DNA of 64,000 nt from Candidatus Delongbacteria bacterium (GCA_016937995.1 JAFGVM010000037.1:1-64000), one strand, 5' to 3'; shown: positions 10,417 to 21,529, counted from the first letter of the stretch. Notes: generated by a model not told the origin, from the sequence alone. Made by a program: numbers and translations.

Positions 10417-10577
10417 TTTTTATCTCTTAAATTATTATAGAACATCCTTATAAAGCTATGCTTATTTAATCTTTTATACAATAAAAAAGTTCTCACACAA
10501 ATATTTTGCTTTATTACCCAACATTTCTTATTTTTTAGCAGAATGATAATAATATTAAACAAGCCGGGAGTATTGCT

Positions 10578-11933
10578 TTGTTGAGATTAATATACAACGC
10601 ATTTATCATACCTGTTCTTTACGTCTTTACTATTTTAGCAGCTGTCTTTAGTAAAAAAATTTACAAATCTCTGCAAGTGAGAGAAAATATCCTTAAAACT
10701 TTGACTAAGAAAAAGATAAGGCTTAATCCTTACAAAAGAACAGTACTATTTCATTGTTCTTCCATGGGTGAATACAAACAAATATTGCCAATAGTGAACA
10801 ACCTAAGACAAAGTTCAGTTGATTATAATATTGTACTTTCTCTGTTCTCGCCTTCGGTTTATGAAAATATCAACAGAGAAAACGAACTGTTTGATATTAT
10901 TACCTACATCCCATTCGACTTTTTTATGCAGACCCGAAATTTCATTAATATAATCAACCCTCAGCTTGTTATAATTTCCAAGCATGATGTTTGGCCCAAT
11001 TTCATATGGGAACTTGCACAAAAAGATATATCAATCTATCTTGTAAATGCTCTCTTTGCCGATGATACAAAAATGGACAAATGGTACATTAGATTCTTCT
11101 TCAGGTCAATATTTTCAAAATTATCCGGGATCATAACCATCAATGAAAAGCACAGGCAAAGATTTTTAAATATTTTTCCATATCCCGAAAAACTTTATAT
11201 CAGTGGAGATTCCAGGTTTGATACCGTTATCTTTGAAGCGGAGAACTCAGCCGGTATCGATCTGCTGAACAGGATTGAAACGAATGAACATGTTTTTGTA
11301 GCAGGAAGTACCTGGCCTGTTGCTGAAACCATCATAATCGAAACATGGAATAAGATCAAAAATAAATATCCTGATGCTTTCCTGATAATAGTTCCCCATG
11401 AAGTTGATAACGAACACATTTATAAAATTGAAACCATATGCCAGGAAAATAATCTTAAAAGCATTGTTTACACTGAATTGACAACAAGCGAAGATATACT
11501 GAAATACGACTGTATGATAGTGGATGTTATAGGGATATTATCAAAAGTTTACCGTTATGCGAATGTCGCTTATGTTGGTGGAGGTTTTTCTAAAAGTGGA
11601 CTGCATTCAGTAATCGAACCGGCGGTTTTTGGAATTCCGGTTGTTTTCGGTCCTAATCTTGATAAATCACCTGAAGCTCAGGAAATGAAGTACATGGATT
11701 GCGGGAATGATTTCAGCAGTTCCAGTGAACTTTATAAATCAATTGATACTTTATGGTCGGACAGAGACCTTTATCGGAAAATATGTGAATTGAGTACTGA
11801 ATTCATTAATAATCATAAAGGTGCGACAGATAGGATCGTGGACGTTATAACAGGGAATATTACCAAAAATGAGCTGGAAAAAGTAAAATCACTGACTGAA
11901 GAGGAAATTGAAGAATTGAGCAGATTCCAATAA
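10578..11933 (+). CDS. waaA: 3-deoxy-D-manno-octulosonic acid transferase
   Basis: FHCSSMGE, YIPFD, GDSRFD, VAGSTWP, IVPHE, AYVGGGF..HSVIEPA. Confidence 0.9.
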   Translation: MLRLIYNAFIIPVLYVFTILAAVFSKKIYKSLQVRENILKTLTKKKIRLNPYKRTVLFHCSSMGEYKQILPIVNNLRQSSVDYNIVLSLFSPSVYENINRENELFDIITYIPFDFFMQTRNFINIINPQLVIISKHDVWPNFIWELAQKDISIYLVNALFADDTKMDKWYIRFFFRSIFSKLSGIITINEKHRQRFLNIFPYPEKLYISGDSRFDTVIFEAENSAGIDLLNRIETNEHVFVAGSTWPVAETIIIETWNKIKNKYPDAFLIIVPHEVDNEHIYKIETICQENNLKSIVYTELTTSEDILKYDCMIVDVIGILSKVYRYANVAYVGGGFSKSGLHSVIEPAVFGIPVVFGPNLDKSPEAQEMKYMDCGNDFSSSSELYKSIDTLWSDRDLYRKICELSTEFINNHKGATDRIVDVITGNITKNELEKVKSLTEEEIEELSRFQ

Positions 11934-11944
11934 AGGATCCAATA

Positions 11945-13123
11945 ATGAAGTTAAAAGAGATACTGAACACCAGATATGAATTGATAATAAAATTCATCTT
12001 TATAGTTTTTTTCTTTGTTTTGTTCTCGTTTATTTTTGGTTATTACTGGCTTACAATGAAAGATCATAGTCAGAGAACATCATCGTTGGTAAAAAATTCT
12101 TTACAGGAATATTTTAAATTACTTGAGAATACCGATCAGGTAACCGATGAAAATACTGCATATATTCTGAAATTACTCAGTCAGTCCGGAACAAGTATTA
12201 TAATCCTGAACGAGAAAGAGATACCGATAGTCTGGTATAACCTCCCTTATGAAGGTGATCCCGAAAGGTCACTTGAAGTAATAAAAAAATATAACGAAAA
12301 ACCACTGATCTACGGTAATGCTTATCAAAAAAGGATCATTTATTTTTTACCGGGTGATCTAATGTTCAAAATGAGGCATTATCCGATATTTCTGATCGGA
12401 TCAATCCTGTTAGTAGCTATATTGACCGCTTTGTTTTACAGGTTTATGAAATTCAATGAAAAACAATCCATATGGATTGCAATGTCAAAGGAAACAGCAC
12501 ACCAGCTGGGAACTCCGATAACTTCATTGAACGGCTGGAAAGATTATCTTGTCGAGCTTTCAAAGGATAATGAAGACCTCATTCCTGTTCACGAAGGTAT
12601 CTCTGATGATCTGACACGGATAAATATGGTTGTTAACCGGTTCTCAAAAATATCATCGGACAAAGAACTCAAAATGTGTGATCTGAAACCGCTGATAGAA
12701 GAGACAGTAAATTATATTTCTGCAAGAATTCCAAGCGGGGGATCAAAATTTAATATAGAAATGGATCTTTCTGCTACTTCCAATATTTACATTAACAAAC
12801 TGCTTTTTGTATGGACGATAGAAAATTTGATCAAAAATTCTATTGAAGCTATCCCCCATAACATTGACGGAAAGATAAAAATAAAACTCTTTGAAGAGAA
12901 AAATGTTCTCGTAGTTGAGGTCTGTGACAACGGACACGGAATATCTATCTCAGATAAAAGCAATATTTTCAAGACAGGTTTTACTACAAAGAACAGAGGA
13001 TGGGGTCTTGGTCTGTCACTGGCAAAAAAAGTAATTGAGCAATATCACAACGGAAAACTATTTGTAAAATCAACTTCTGCAAAAGGATCAACAATAAGAA
13101 TCGAATTGAATAAGTACGTATAA
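11945..13123 (+). CDS. Sensor histidine kinase
   Basis: MSKETAHQLGTP H-box, ENLIKNSIEA, DNGHGI, GFTTKNRGWGLGL. Confidence 0.9.
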   Translation: MKLKEILNTRYELIIKFIFIVFFFVLFSFIFGYYWLTMKDHSQRTSSLVKNSLQEYFKLLENTDQVTDENTAYILKLLSQSGTSIIILNEKEIPIVWYNLPYEGDPERSLEVIKKYNEKPLIYGNAYQKRIIYFLPGDLMFKMRHYPIFLIGSILLVAILTALFYRFMKFNEKQSIWIAMSKETAHQLGTPITSLNGWKDYLVELSKDNEDLIPVHEGISDDLTRINMVVNRFSKISSDKELKMCDLKPLIEETVNYISARIPSGGSKFNIEMDLSATSNIYINKLLFVWTIENLIKNSIEAIPHNIDGKIKIKLFEEKNVLVVEVCDNGHGISISDKSNIFKTGFTTKNRGWGLGLSLAKKVIEQYHNGKLFVKSTSAKGSTIRIELNKYV

Positions 13124-13143
13124 CAAAATTACAGGGTCTATAA

Positions 13144-15498
13144 ATGCTAAGGAACATAAACGTAAACCATGATATTTCAAATTTAAAAACAGGATTAATG
13201 CTAAAGGTAGTCCCTTGTAAAGATAAGATCCCGATCCCGGGAAATATCATTTCATTGAACATTGATTCACATCATCTTACAAATATTCTTGAAGATGCTG
13301 AACTGACTGACTCACTTATTATCCTGATAGGCAAGAAAAATAAACTTGCTTCTGATCATACAAGCGAATCATACTTTACAGTCGGTTCTGTTGGAAAAGT
13401 AATGCAGGTCGTAAAAATACCAGGTATGGGAACAAAGGCTGTTGTAAGACCTGTCAAAAGAGCAAAGATCATCGAATTTGTAATGTCCAACGAAACATTA
13501 TACGGCAGGATCGATCCTATTGAAATTAAACCTGAGCTCAGTAGACTGACTTTAGCAACTCTAAGAATAATCAGGAATCTGTTCAAACAATATCTGGAGC
13601 TGAATCCGCAGATAGATGACAATGCTATTAATCTGGATGGTGATAACGAACATTCTGTTTATATAGATACGATCCTTGACATTCTTAATATCAGCTATAA
13701 CAGAAAACAGAAACTTCTTGAAATAACCGACTTTTCAGTGTTGATCGATGAGATACATATGCTTCTGATAAATGAAATAGAGTTCTCTAAGCTTGAAAAA
13801 AAGATCGAAGCAGAAGTGACAAAAAAAACTATAAAGGACCAGAAAGAATACTTTCTTAAAGAAAAATTGCGCGGATTAAGTTCTGAACTCGGTACAGATT
13901 CGGTTGAGATCGGAGAGGTCAGTAAAATTTATGAGCTTCAGAAGGAAAATAAATTATCAAAATTAGCTGAAGAAAAAGCTATTCATGAAATTGAAAAACT
14001 GAAGAAAATACACTCTATGTCACCTGAGTACGGACTGATCAGAGATTATCTGGAGCTAATTGCATCTTTACCATGGAAAAAGAAAAGCAGGATCAATATT
14101 GATATTGAAAAAGCAGAGGCTATACTTGAAGAAGATCATTACGGACTAAAAAAACCTAAAGAAAGGATAATTGAATACCTTTCTATTCTGAAATTGGTCA
14201 AGAAGCTGAAAAGTCCCATTTTATGCCTTGTGGGACCTCCGGGAACGGGTAAGACCTCTCTGGGTAAATCAATTGCAAGATCACTTGGAAGAAAATATAT
14301 ACGTATGGCTCTGGGTGGAGTGCATGATGAAGCAGAGATCAGAGGCCATAGAAAGACCTATATCGGAGCTATGCCGGGAAAGATCATTCAGTCTATCCGC
14401 CGTGCAGGTGTTAATAATCCTCTGTTCCTTTTAGACGAGATCGATAAAGTATCTTCTGATTTCAGAGGAGACCCTTCTTCAGCTTTACTTGAGGTACTTG
14501 ATCCTGAGCAGAACCATTCCTTCAGAGATAATTATCTTGATGTTGAGTTCGATCTTAGCAATGTACTTTTCATAGCCACAGCAAATGATCAGTCAAGGAT
14601 ACCTGCCCCGCTACTTGACAGAATGGAAATTATAAGACTTGACGGATACCTTGATATTGAAAAATATAACATTGCAAAAAATTTCCTTATACCGGAGCAG
14701 ATAAAAGTTAACGGGTTGAACGAAAAAAATATATGTTTCAGTGATAACTGTATTTACAGGATCATATCCGAATATACTATGGAGGCCGGAGTAAGAGAAC
14801 TTGAAAGAAAAATTGCAAAGATCTGTCGTAAAGCAGCAAGAATGACCATTCAGGACAAGAGTACACAGATCCATGTCACTACAAAGAACCTTCATAATTT
14901 TTTAGGGACAGAAGAATATAAAGATTTTTCTCAGACAAAAGGCAAAAAGGTAGGTGAAGTGAACGGTCTTGCCTGGACAATTTCAGGAGGTGCTGTTCTT
15001 AAGGTCGAAGCAAACTTAATGAGTGGAAAAGGTCAGCTGAATCTTACAGGTAAACTGGGTGATGTTATGAAAGAGTCCGCTCAGGCTGCTTTAAGTTATA
15101 TTAAGACCTTTGCTTTAACATACAGTATCGAAAACACGATTTTTACTGAAAATGATATACATTTACATTTCCCTGAAGGTGCTACTCCAAAGGACGGACC
15201 GTCCGCAGGAAGCACTATCGTAATATCATTGCTTAGTGCGATAAAGAATATTCCTGTTGATCAGAGTATCGGTATGACCGGAGAAATAACTATCCATGGA
15301 GAGATCCTTGCGATCGGAGGTTTGAAAACAAAATTAATGGCTGCAAAAAGATCAAAGATATCAACTGTTTTCATTCCAAAACAGAACATTAAAGACCTTG
15401 ATGACATTGATAAACAGATCAAATCAGCTTTAAAAATAATACCTGTCTCTCATATTTCTGAGGTGATAAAATATATTCTTGGAGATCTCGGTAAATGA
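13144..15498 (+). CDS. lon: ATP-dependent Lon protease
   Basis: Walker A GPPGTGKTS, LLDEIDK, catalytic PKDGPSAG and GGLKTK. Confidence 0.96.
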   Translation: MLRNINVNHDISNLKTGLMLKVVPCKDKIPIPGNIISLNIDSHHLTNILEDAELTDSLIILIGKKNKLASDHTSESYFTVGSVGKVMQVVKIPGMGTKAVVRPVKRAKIIEFVMSNETLYGRIDPIEIKPELSRLTLATLRIIRNLFKQYLELNPQIDDNAINLDGDNEHSVYIDTILDILNISYNRKQKLLEITDFSVLIDEIHMLLINEIEFSKLEKKIEAEVTKKTIKDQKEYFLKEKLRGLSSELGTDSVEIGEVSKIYELQKENKLSKLAEEKAIHEIEKLKKIHSMSPEYGLIRDYLELIASLPWKKKSRINIDIEKAEAILEEDHYGLKKPKERIIEYLSILKLVKKLKSPILCLVGPPGTGKTSLGKSIARSLGRKYIRMALGGVHDEAEIRGHRKTYIGAMPGKIIQSIRRAGVNNPLFLLDEIDKVSSDFRGDPSSALLEVLDPEQNHSFRDNYLDVEFDLSNVLFIATANDQSRIPAPLLDRMEIIRLDGYLDIEKYNIAKNFLIPEQIKVNGLNEKNICFSDNCIYRIISEYTMEAGVRELERKIAKICRKAARMTIQDKSTQIHVTTKNLHNFLGTEEYKDFSQTKGKKVGEVNGLAWTISGGAVLKVEANLMSGKGQLNLTGKLGDVMKESAQAALSYIKTFALTYSIENTIFTENDIHLHFPEGATPKDGPSAGSTIVISLLSAIKNIPVDQSIGMTGEITIHGEILAIGGLKTKLMAAKRSKISTVFIPKQNIKDLDDIDKQIKSALKIIPVSHISEVIKYILGDLGK

Positions 15499-16172
15499 GC
15501 GAAAACTATAAAGTAATAAATGAAAATGATTCATACAACCGGAATGAATTTAAAATCAGATCATCTGATTTCATAACAAGCGCTTCTGACAGGTCAGGTT
15601 TTATCATTGATGAAAAAGAACAGCTTGTATTTGCAGGCCGTTCCAATGCAGGTAAATCTTCACTGATAAACTCCCTGCTGAACAGAAAAAAACTTGCTAA
15701 GACAAGTAATACTCCCGGAAAGACCAGATTAGTCAATTACTTTCTTATCAATGAAAATTTTTATTTCGTAGACCTTCCCGGTTACGGTTATGCATCAGTA
15801 CCCAAGACTGAAAGAGAAAAATGGAGAAAATTAACTGAGTCGTTCTTTGAAGGTAATAATAAACTTAGACTGGCTTTTTCAATAGTTGATATCAGGCATA
15901 TACCAACAGAAAATGATATGATGCTTATTGAAACCTTTGATTTTTTCAGAATACCTCAGATAGTGATCCTTAGTAAAAAAGACAAGCTTTCGAATAATAA
16001 AGTATTCGTTCAGTTGAGGATGTTCAAGAAGTTATTAGCGGATAAAAATTCGATCATAGATATTATTCCTTACAGCTCAGTGAACCACTTCAACAGGGAA
16101 AAAGTTATAAAGATCATGGGTGATCACCTTACCAACCTAGAACTTGAGGAATATGATGATAGAGATAAATAG
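15495..16172 (+). CDS. engB: Ribosome biogenesis GTPase YihA/YsxC
   Basis: GRSNAGKSSLIN, TSNTPGKT, DLPGYGYA; follows lon. Confidence 0.93.
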   Translation: MSENYKVINENDSYNRNEFKIRSSDFITSASDRSGFIIDEKEQLVFAGRSNAGKSSLINSLLNRKKLAKTSNTPGKTRLVNYFLINENFYFVDLPGYGYASVPKTEREKWRKLTESFFEGNNKLRLAFSIVDIRHIPTENDMMLIETFDFFRIPQIVILSKKDKLSNNKVFVQLRMFKKLLADKNSIIDIIPYSSVNHFNREKVIKIMGDHLTNLELEEYDDRDK

Positions 16173-16338
16173 AAACCTTTGCGATAGATGCGGGACATGT
16201 GTAGCAGTTTGCGAGACTGATTGTATAACTGTTTATGAAGCCTACATTGAAATTGATGATGACAAGTGTATCAGTTGTAAAAAATGTGTCTGGATATGCC
16301 CTATGGATGCCTTAAATCTAGTCATGAAGGAGAAATAG
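16153..16338 (+). CDS. 2[4Fe-4S] ferredoxin
   Basis: CDRCGTCVAVC and CISCKKCVWICP; GAGGA RBS. Confidence 0.88.
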   Translation: MMIEINRNLCDRCGTCVAVCETDCITVYEAYIEIDDDKCISCKKCVWICPMDALNLVMKEK

Positions 16339-17136
16339 TTGAAACAGTTTATACTTCGGATCTTAAGAAAGCTTGGACTTTTAGAACAGGCTGATCATGT
16401 TAATTTTATCCTCAGTTATTTTTCATACTTTTCAAAGAACAGCAGATTTAAAAAACTCAATCCTGATATTTTACTTCCACCCCATTATATGCTTTTTGAA
16501 TCATTTGGAAAAATGGATTACACTTCTTACTACAAAAAAGGCAAAGAAAGTGCTGTTGATATTCTTGACCTTCTGAAAAAACATCATTCACTTGAAAATA
16601 TCGATCTGCTTGAATGGGGTTGCGGTCCGGTAAGAATATTAAGGCATATCCCTGAAATTCTATCCGGAAAAAATGCAAATATATTCGGATCAGATTATAA
16701 TCCTGAGACGATCAAATGGGATAAGAACTCATTTGTTAATATCAGCTTCTCTCAGAATGAACTACTCCCCCCTCTTGAATATGATGATAATTTTTTCGAT
16801 ATTGTTTATTGTATCTCTGTTTTTACGCATTTGGATGAAGTGACAGAATTGAAATGGTTCAATGAAATTATCAGAGTTTTAAAACCTGGTGGTGTTTTTC
16901 TTTTGTCTATTCACGGTGAATCAAGCAAAGACAGGCTCAGTGATGATGAGAAAAAGATCTTTGATGAAAAAGGATGTGTGATCAGAAGTAATGTTACCGA
17001 AGGTAAAAGAAGTTTTACTTCCTATAATTCAGAGAAATTCATGCGAGAAAAAATACTCAAAGATGTTGAGATCCTTGAGTTCATTCCAGGCAAGAAAAAT
17101 GAGCAGGATATCTGGATCGTTAGGAAGTCAGTCTAA
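16339..17136 (+). CDS. Class I SAM-dependent methyltransferase
   Basis: LLEWGCGPVR, FDIVYCISVFTHL, RVLKPGG. Confidence 0.87.
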   Translation: MKQFILRILRKLGLLEQADHVNFILSYFSYFSKNSRFKKLNPDILLPPHYMLFESFGKMDYTSYYKKGKESAVDILDLLKKHHSLENIDLLEWGCGPVRILRHIPEILSGKNANIFGSDYNPETIKWDKNSFVNISFSQNELLPPLEYDDNFFDIVYCISVFTHLDEVTELKWFNEIIRVLKPGGVFLLSIHGESSKDRLSDDEKKIFDEKGCVIRSNVTEGKRSFTSYNSEKFMREKILKDVEILEFIPGKKNEQDIWIVRKSV

Positions 17137-17226
17137 GTTATTCGAAATCTAAGATCTAATAAAAAAAGTCTTACATTTCAATCAACTCAATGTGACTTTT
17201 TTTCTCATAACCCATAACCCACAACT

Positions 17227-17874
17227 ATGAAAACAATGTTTTCAAAATACAAAGCAATCATCTTCGATATGGACGGTCTTCTTCTCGATACAGAAAAGAT
17301 CTGCTGGGAATGTTTTAGATCAGCCTGTAAGCAGTTCAACTATGATCCTGATTTCAATATCTATAAACGAATTATCGGAAGAAGTGCTACCGAAGGTAAT
17401 AAGATACTCTCTGAAGCTCTCAAAGATTTTATACCTTACGAAACAGTAAATCCTATCTGGAATAAGCTTTATCACGATGCAATAGAGAATAATCCTATAC
17501 CTTTGAAAAAAGGAGTCAGAGAATTCCTTGAGCATGTTTCTAAACTTGAACTTAAGTTGGCTGTAGCAACATCGACTGGCTATGATCTTGCTGTAAAGAA
17601 ACTCAAAAACACTGACCTGTATAAATATTTTGAAGTAGTTGTAGCAGGTGACCAGGTAACGAATTCTAAACCTGATCCTGAGATATATCTAACTGTAGCT
17701 GATAAACTTGGTGTTGATCCTAAAGATTGCCTTGCTTTTGAAGATTCTGACAATGGAACTTTAGCTGCTCATGCTGCCGGAATGACAGTCATTCAAATTC
17801 CTGATATGATAGAAGTAAGTGATGAAGTGAAAGCACTTGGGCATCGGATCGTGGGGAGCTTTGAGGAAGTGTAG
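17227..17874 (+). CDS. HAD-superfamily phosphatase (beta-PGM-like)
   Basis: IFDMDGLLLDTE, KPDPEIY, FEDSDNG. Confidence 0.9.
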   Translation: MKTMFSKYKAIIFDMDGLLLDTEKICWECFRSACKQFNYDPDFNIYKRIIGRSATEGNKILSEALKDFIPYETVNPIWNKLYHDAIENNPIPLKKGVREFLEHVSKLELKLAVATSTGYDLAVKKLKNTDLYKYFEVVVAGDQVTNSKPDPEIYLTVADKLGVDPKDCLAFEDSDNGTLAAHAAGMTVIQIPDMIEVSDEVKALGHRIVGSFEEV

Positions 17875-17875
17875 G

Positions 17876-18655
17876 TTATTTATTCAGCCCGTATTCTGGT
17901 TGTTTCGTTAGCGTTGATTTTTCACATTTGAAATTAAAGTTAAATTTCTTTAAAATATCATTGATAGCATCCTCTAAATATGATGGAGAATGTGGTGAAA
18001 TATAAATCAAATCTACAAGTTCATTTATATTTGCAGGTAAATATAAGCCTGTTTCATCTATAGGTCTATCATTATTTAAATGACGAACCCAATGAATTAT
18101 TCTGACTTCATTTTCAAGATTGTATTCTCTTTTTTTGAAACATGCAGGTGATATAAATTCAGTAATATCCGGATGTTCTGTTTTATAATCAATATATTTA
18201 ACTTTACAAATTCTTTGAAACTTTAGTAAATTATTTACAGTATCTTCGCCTTTCGCACAAAAATTCTCGGGGTATTGAGATTTAATTAATTTGATATTAG
18301 ATTTAATAGCTAAAGAACCATTTTTTGAACCATATCTATTCCAAAGCGTTTCAGATTCAACATCTGAAGCAAACCAACAATTTACATATAAATATTGTGA
18401 ATTATTCTCAAAATGGTTTATATCTTCTTCATTTATTTTGATTCTAGATTCTTTCATATAATGTTCAATGCTGCCTTTAGTAAAAGTTCCTTCATGATTA
18501 TCATTGAATCTATCTATTCTTGAAAAAAATAAAGCATTTCTTGTTATAATTGATAAAAATTTTGACACATCCATGTATTTCCATAATACTAGATTATCAT
18601 CTAATACTTCATTATAATGATATGTCGATTGATTATTTTGCATAACAATCTCCAA
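17876..18655 (-). CDS. DUF2971-like protein
   Basis: LWKYMDVSKF, DNHEG, YVNCW...ESETLWNRY, KVKYIDY, FKKREYNLENEVR; more AT-rich than neighbours. Confidence 0.65.
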   Translation of the reverse strand: MEIVMQNNQSTYHYNEVLDDNLVLWKYMDVSKFLSIITRNALFFSRIDRFNDNHEGTFTKGSIEHYMKESRIKINEEDINHFENNSQYLYVNCWFASDVESETLWNRYGSKNGSLAIKSNIKLIKSQYPENFCAKGEDTVNNLLKFQRICKVKYIDYKTEHPDITEFISPACFKKREYNLENEVRIIHWVRHLNNDRPIDETGLYLPANINELVDLIYISPHSPSYLEDAINDILKKFNFNFKCEKSTLTKQPEYGLNK

Positions 18656-18709
18656 TTTATAACATTTTCTACTTATCTAAAAAACAATTCCGTGTGATCC
18701 TTCCAAACC

Positions 18710-20878
18710 CTACCGATCAATCCCCATATGATGAAGAATGAATGAGTAAGTATTAGCTATCTCACGATACAGATCATATTTCCCTGAATACCCGCTGTGA
18801 CCAGTCATTCCAATATTCAAAAGCACTTTCGTTGCTGCTGTATTGTTTTCCCTAATCTTTGAGACCCATTTAAGCTGTTCCCAATAGTTAACTCTAGGGT
18901 CGTAAAAACCTGCCCTGACGAAGATCTCAGGATATGGCTGCTTAACTATGTTATAATACGGATCATATGAAAGCATATATTCAAAATCTTCTTTCACCCC
19001 TGGATTACCCCATTCATCATATTCAGCCACAACCGCTGTCAAAGTCGGGTCAGACATAGTATTTATCAGATCAACAAATGGAACATCAAGAACAGCAGCT
19101 TTACAGATATCCGGTCTTTCGTTAAGTACTGCTCCAACAAGAAGACCTCCTGCACTCGCTCCGGTGATAACAAGCTTCTCAGAAGATGTATAACCTTTTT
19201 CAATAAGGTATTCAGCACAGGAGATAAAGTCTTTAAATGTGTTTTTCTTATTTTTCAGCATTCCTTCTTTATGCCACTTCTTACCTTTTTCAAGCCCTCC
19301 CCTAACATGAGCTATCGCGTAGATAACACCTCTGTCTAGAAGACTGATCCTTGGTATCGAAAAATCCTGATCAAAGAACGATCCGTAAGCTCCATAACCA
19401 TCGAGAAGCATGGGGTTACTAACGTCATTTTTTAACAAGGATTTTTTATAAACAAGTGATATCGGGATCTTTTTATTATCATGAGATAGTGCATAGATCA
19501 TTTCAGTATTATATTCTGCCTTGTCGTAACCACCGACGACTTTCTCCTGCTTGACCAACTCCTTTTCTCCCGCATTCATATCATAATCCACAACCGAAAT
19601 AGGTGTTATCGGTGACTCATACATAAATCGAAGCTTTTCTGTATTGTATTCCGGATTTTCACCGAGATATACATTATAGCAGTTGTCATCAAACTTTATT
19701 TCTTTACTGCTCAAAGAAAGATAGTCGATTATATTGATCACCTTCTTCCCATCCTTTATCTCACTCAAAACCATGTATTTATCAAATATCTCGAAATCTT
19801 CAATATAAGTATCTTCACTGTGCTCTACATACTCCTTCCATTCACTTCTATGCGGAGATGTGTCCTTTGTTTTCATTATCTTGAAATTATATGCCTGATC
19901 GGCATTAGTATGGATTAGGAAATCAGTCCCCTGGTGTTCAACATAATACTCCACTCCTTCTTCCCTCTCAGATATCAGTTCGAAGGTTCCGATAGGATCT
20001 GTGCTATCAAGATAATACATCTCTGACGTAACGTTGTTAGCCGTTCCAATAAGAATAAATTTTTTATCTTTAGTTTTTTGGATCCATACAAAATAAGATT
20101 CGTCAGTTTCGAGGTAAATGTTTATATCATTGTCCTTATTGGTTCCGACAATATGCATGAATACACTATTGGTCCTGTTGGATTTGTCAACAAGCGTGTA
20201 AAAAAATGTGTCGTCTGATTCTGCCCAGACAACTTCACCGACATTTTCGATCACTTCACCAAAGTGCTTCCCTGTCTGAAGATTTTTCACATACAATGTA
20301 TAGTTTTCATCACCGGTATTATCAACAGAATATGCCAGATATCGATGGTCGGGACTGATACAGTACTCACCAAGCTCAAAATAATCGTTACTTTTAGCGA
20401 TCTCATTAAGATCGAGGATCACCTCTTCTTCAGCATTCAGATCTTTGTATTTTCTGCATTGAATTGGATACTGCCCTTCTTTTATATTTCTTGAGTAATA
20501 ATAATAATCACCGTCTTTTACAGGAACTGACATATCTGTAAAATCTACCCTTGAGATAATTTCTTTAAGAATTTCATTCTCTAATTCAATCATAGACGAC
20601 ATGCTGGCCATAGAATATTCATTCTCAGCTCTTATTTGGTCCATGACTGTTTTGTCTTTTCTTGAATCATCCCTCATCCAGCTATAATCATCATAGAGTT
20701 CAGTACCGTGAAATTTACTCATTTTTCTAATTTTTACAGGTACAGGAACTATGACCTCCCCGGAATACTTATCGTTCTCGCGATTTTCACGTAGCTGACG
20801 TTCCCGTTTAGGTTCCTGCCCCATAGTACTGGATATAAACACCAACAGACCTATAATAAATATGGATTTTATTTTCAT
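18710..20878 (-). CDS. ptrB: Oligopeptidase B (S9A), signal peptide
   Basis: DDYSWMRD, GYGAYG, HVRGG, nucleophile GASAGGLL, DPRV, GH. Confidence 0.92.
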   Translation of the reverse strand: MKIKSIFIIGLLVFISSTMGQEPKRERQLRENRENDKYSGEVIVPVPVKIRKMSKFHGTELYDDYSWMRDDSRKDKTVMDQIRAENEYSMASMSSMIELENEILKEIISRVDFTDMSVPVKDGDYYYYSRNIKEGQYPIQCRKYKDLNAEEEVILDLNEIAKSNDYFELGEYCISPDHRYLAYSVDNTGDENYTLYVKNLQTGKHFGEVIENVGEVVWAESDDTFFYTLVDKSNRTNSVFMHIVGTNKDNDINIYLETDESYFVWIQKTKDKKFILIGTANNVTSEMYYLDSTDPIGTFELISEREEGVEYYVEHQGTDFLIHTNADQAYNFKIMKTKDTSPHRSEWKEYVEHSEDTYIEDFEIFDKYMVLSEIKDGKKVINIIDYLSLSSKEIKFDDNCYNVYLGENPEYNTEKLRFMYESPITPISVVDYDMNAGEKELVKQEKVVGGYDKAEYNTEMIYALSHDNKKIPISLVYKKSLLKNDVSNPMLLDGYGAYGSFFDQDFSIPRISLLDRGVIYAIAHVRGGLEKGKKWHKEGMLKNKKNTFKDFISCAEYLIEKGYTSSEKLVITGASAGGLLVGAVLNERPDICKAAVLDVPFVDLINTMSDPTLTAVVAEYDEWGNPGVKEDFEYMLSYDPYYNIVKQPYPEIFVRAGFYDPRVNYWEQLKWVSKIRENNTAATKVLLNIGMTGHSGYSGKYDLYREIANTYSFILHHMGIDR

Positions 20879-20963
20879 AGTATATTACTCCCGAATGTAT
20901 TTTCATACAAAATAAAGAATACATTGATCTTTTTCAACATTAATTATGATATAGTATTCACAC

Positions 20964-20992
20964 TTGCCTAAACCAAAATTATTTTGTATAAT
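20964..20992 (+). promoter_or_regulatory. sigma70 promoter of the long rsgA leader
   Basis: TTGCCT-N17-TATAAT. Confidence 0.7.
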
Positions 20993-21036
20993 ACTAACTG
21001 ACAACAAAACAACTAAAACCAAAAATTGGAGGAATT

Positions 21037-21078
21037 ATGACTGAGATATATTTAAAAACTACGGATTTGAGATTGTAG
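21037..21078 (+). CDS. Putative leader peptide 1 MTEIYLKTTDLRL
   Basis: GGAGG RBS; 3' half can pair with 21146-21166. Confidence 0.55.
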   Translation: MTEIYLKTTDLRL

Positions 21079-21418
21079 CGTAAGTTAGAATAACCGTTTA
21101 CATATAAGAATAATCTCTCATACGATATGATCCGTTCGGATCGGTCTACAAATTCAATTCCGCAGTATTTCCCCTAAATATTTATGTCAGAAGTAAGATA
21201 TCAGAAGTTAGAAGTCTGATTTAGTTTGTCTTTCTAAACTTGATTCTCCCGATAAATCGGATTCAAATAAATAAGTCTTAGACTTCAATTAACTCAGTCT
21301 GACTTACACCTCTGACTTCTAATTTTTAACTTCTGACTTTAAAATCTCACAGAGATCCCATCGCTCATCTCTTTAAACATGGCAGCGATACGTACTAACT
21401 AAACAATAGGAGGTGCAT

Positions 21419-21454
21419 ATGAATAACTTAATCGAAGGAAGTTGCATTAGTTAG
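21419..21454 (+). CDS. Putative leader peptide 2 MNNLIEGSCIS
   Basis: AGGAGGT RBS; followed by 12-bp hairpin TTGAGAGGGAAG/CTTCCCTCTCAA. Confidence 0.55.
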   Translation: MNNLIEGSCIS

Positions 21455-21529
21455 CAGCTTCTACGTTGAGAGGGAAGCTGGTAACTTCCCTCTCAATAAT
21501 TGTGCGAGAAAATAGAAAGTGATGTATTC

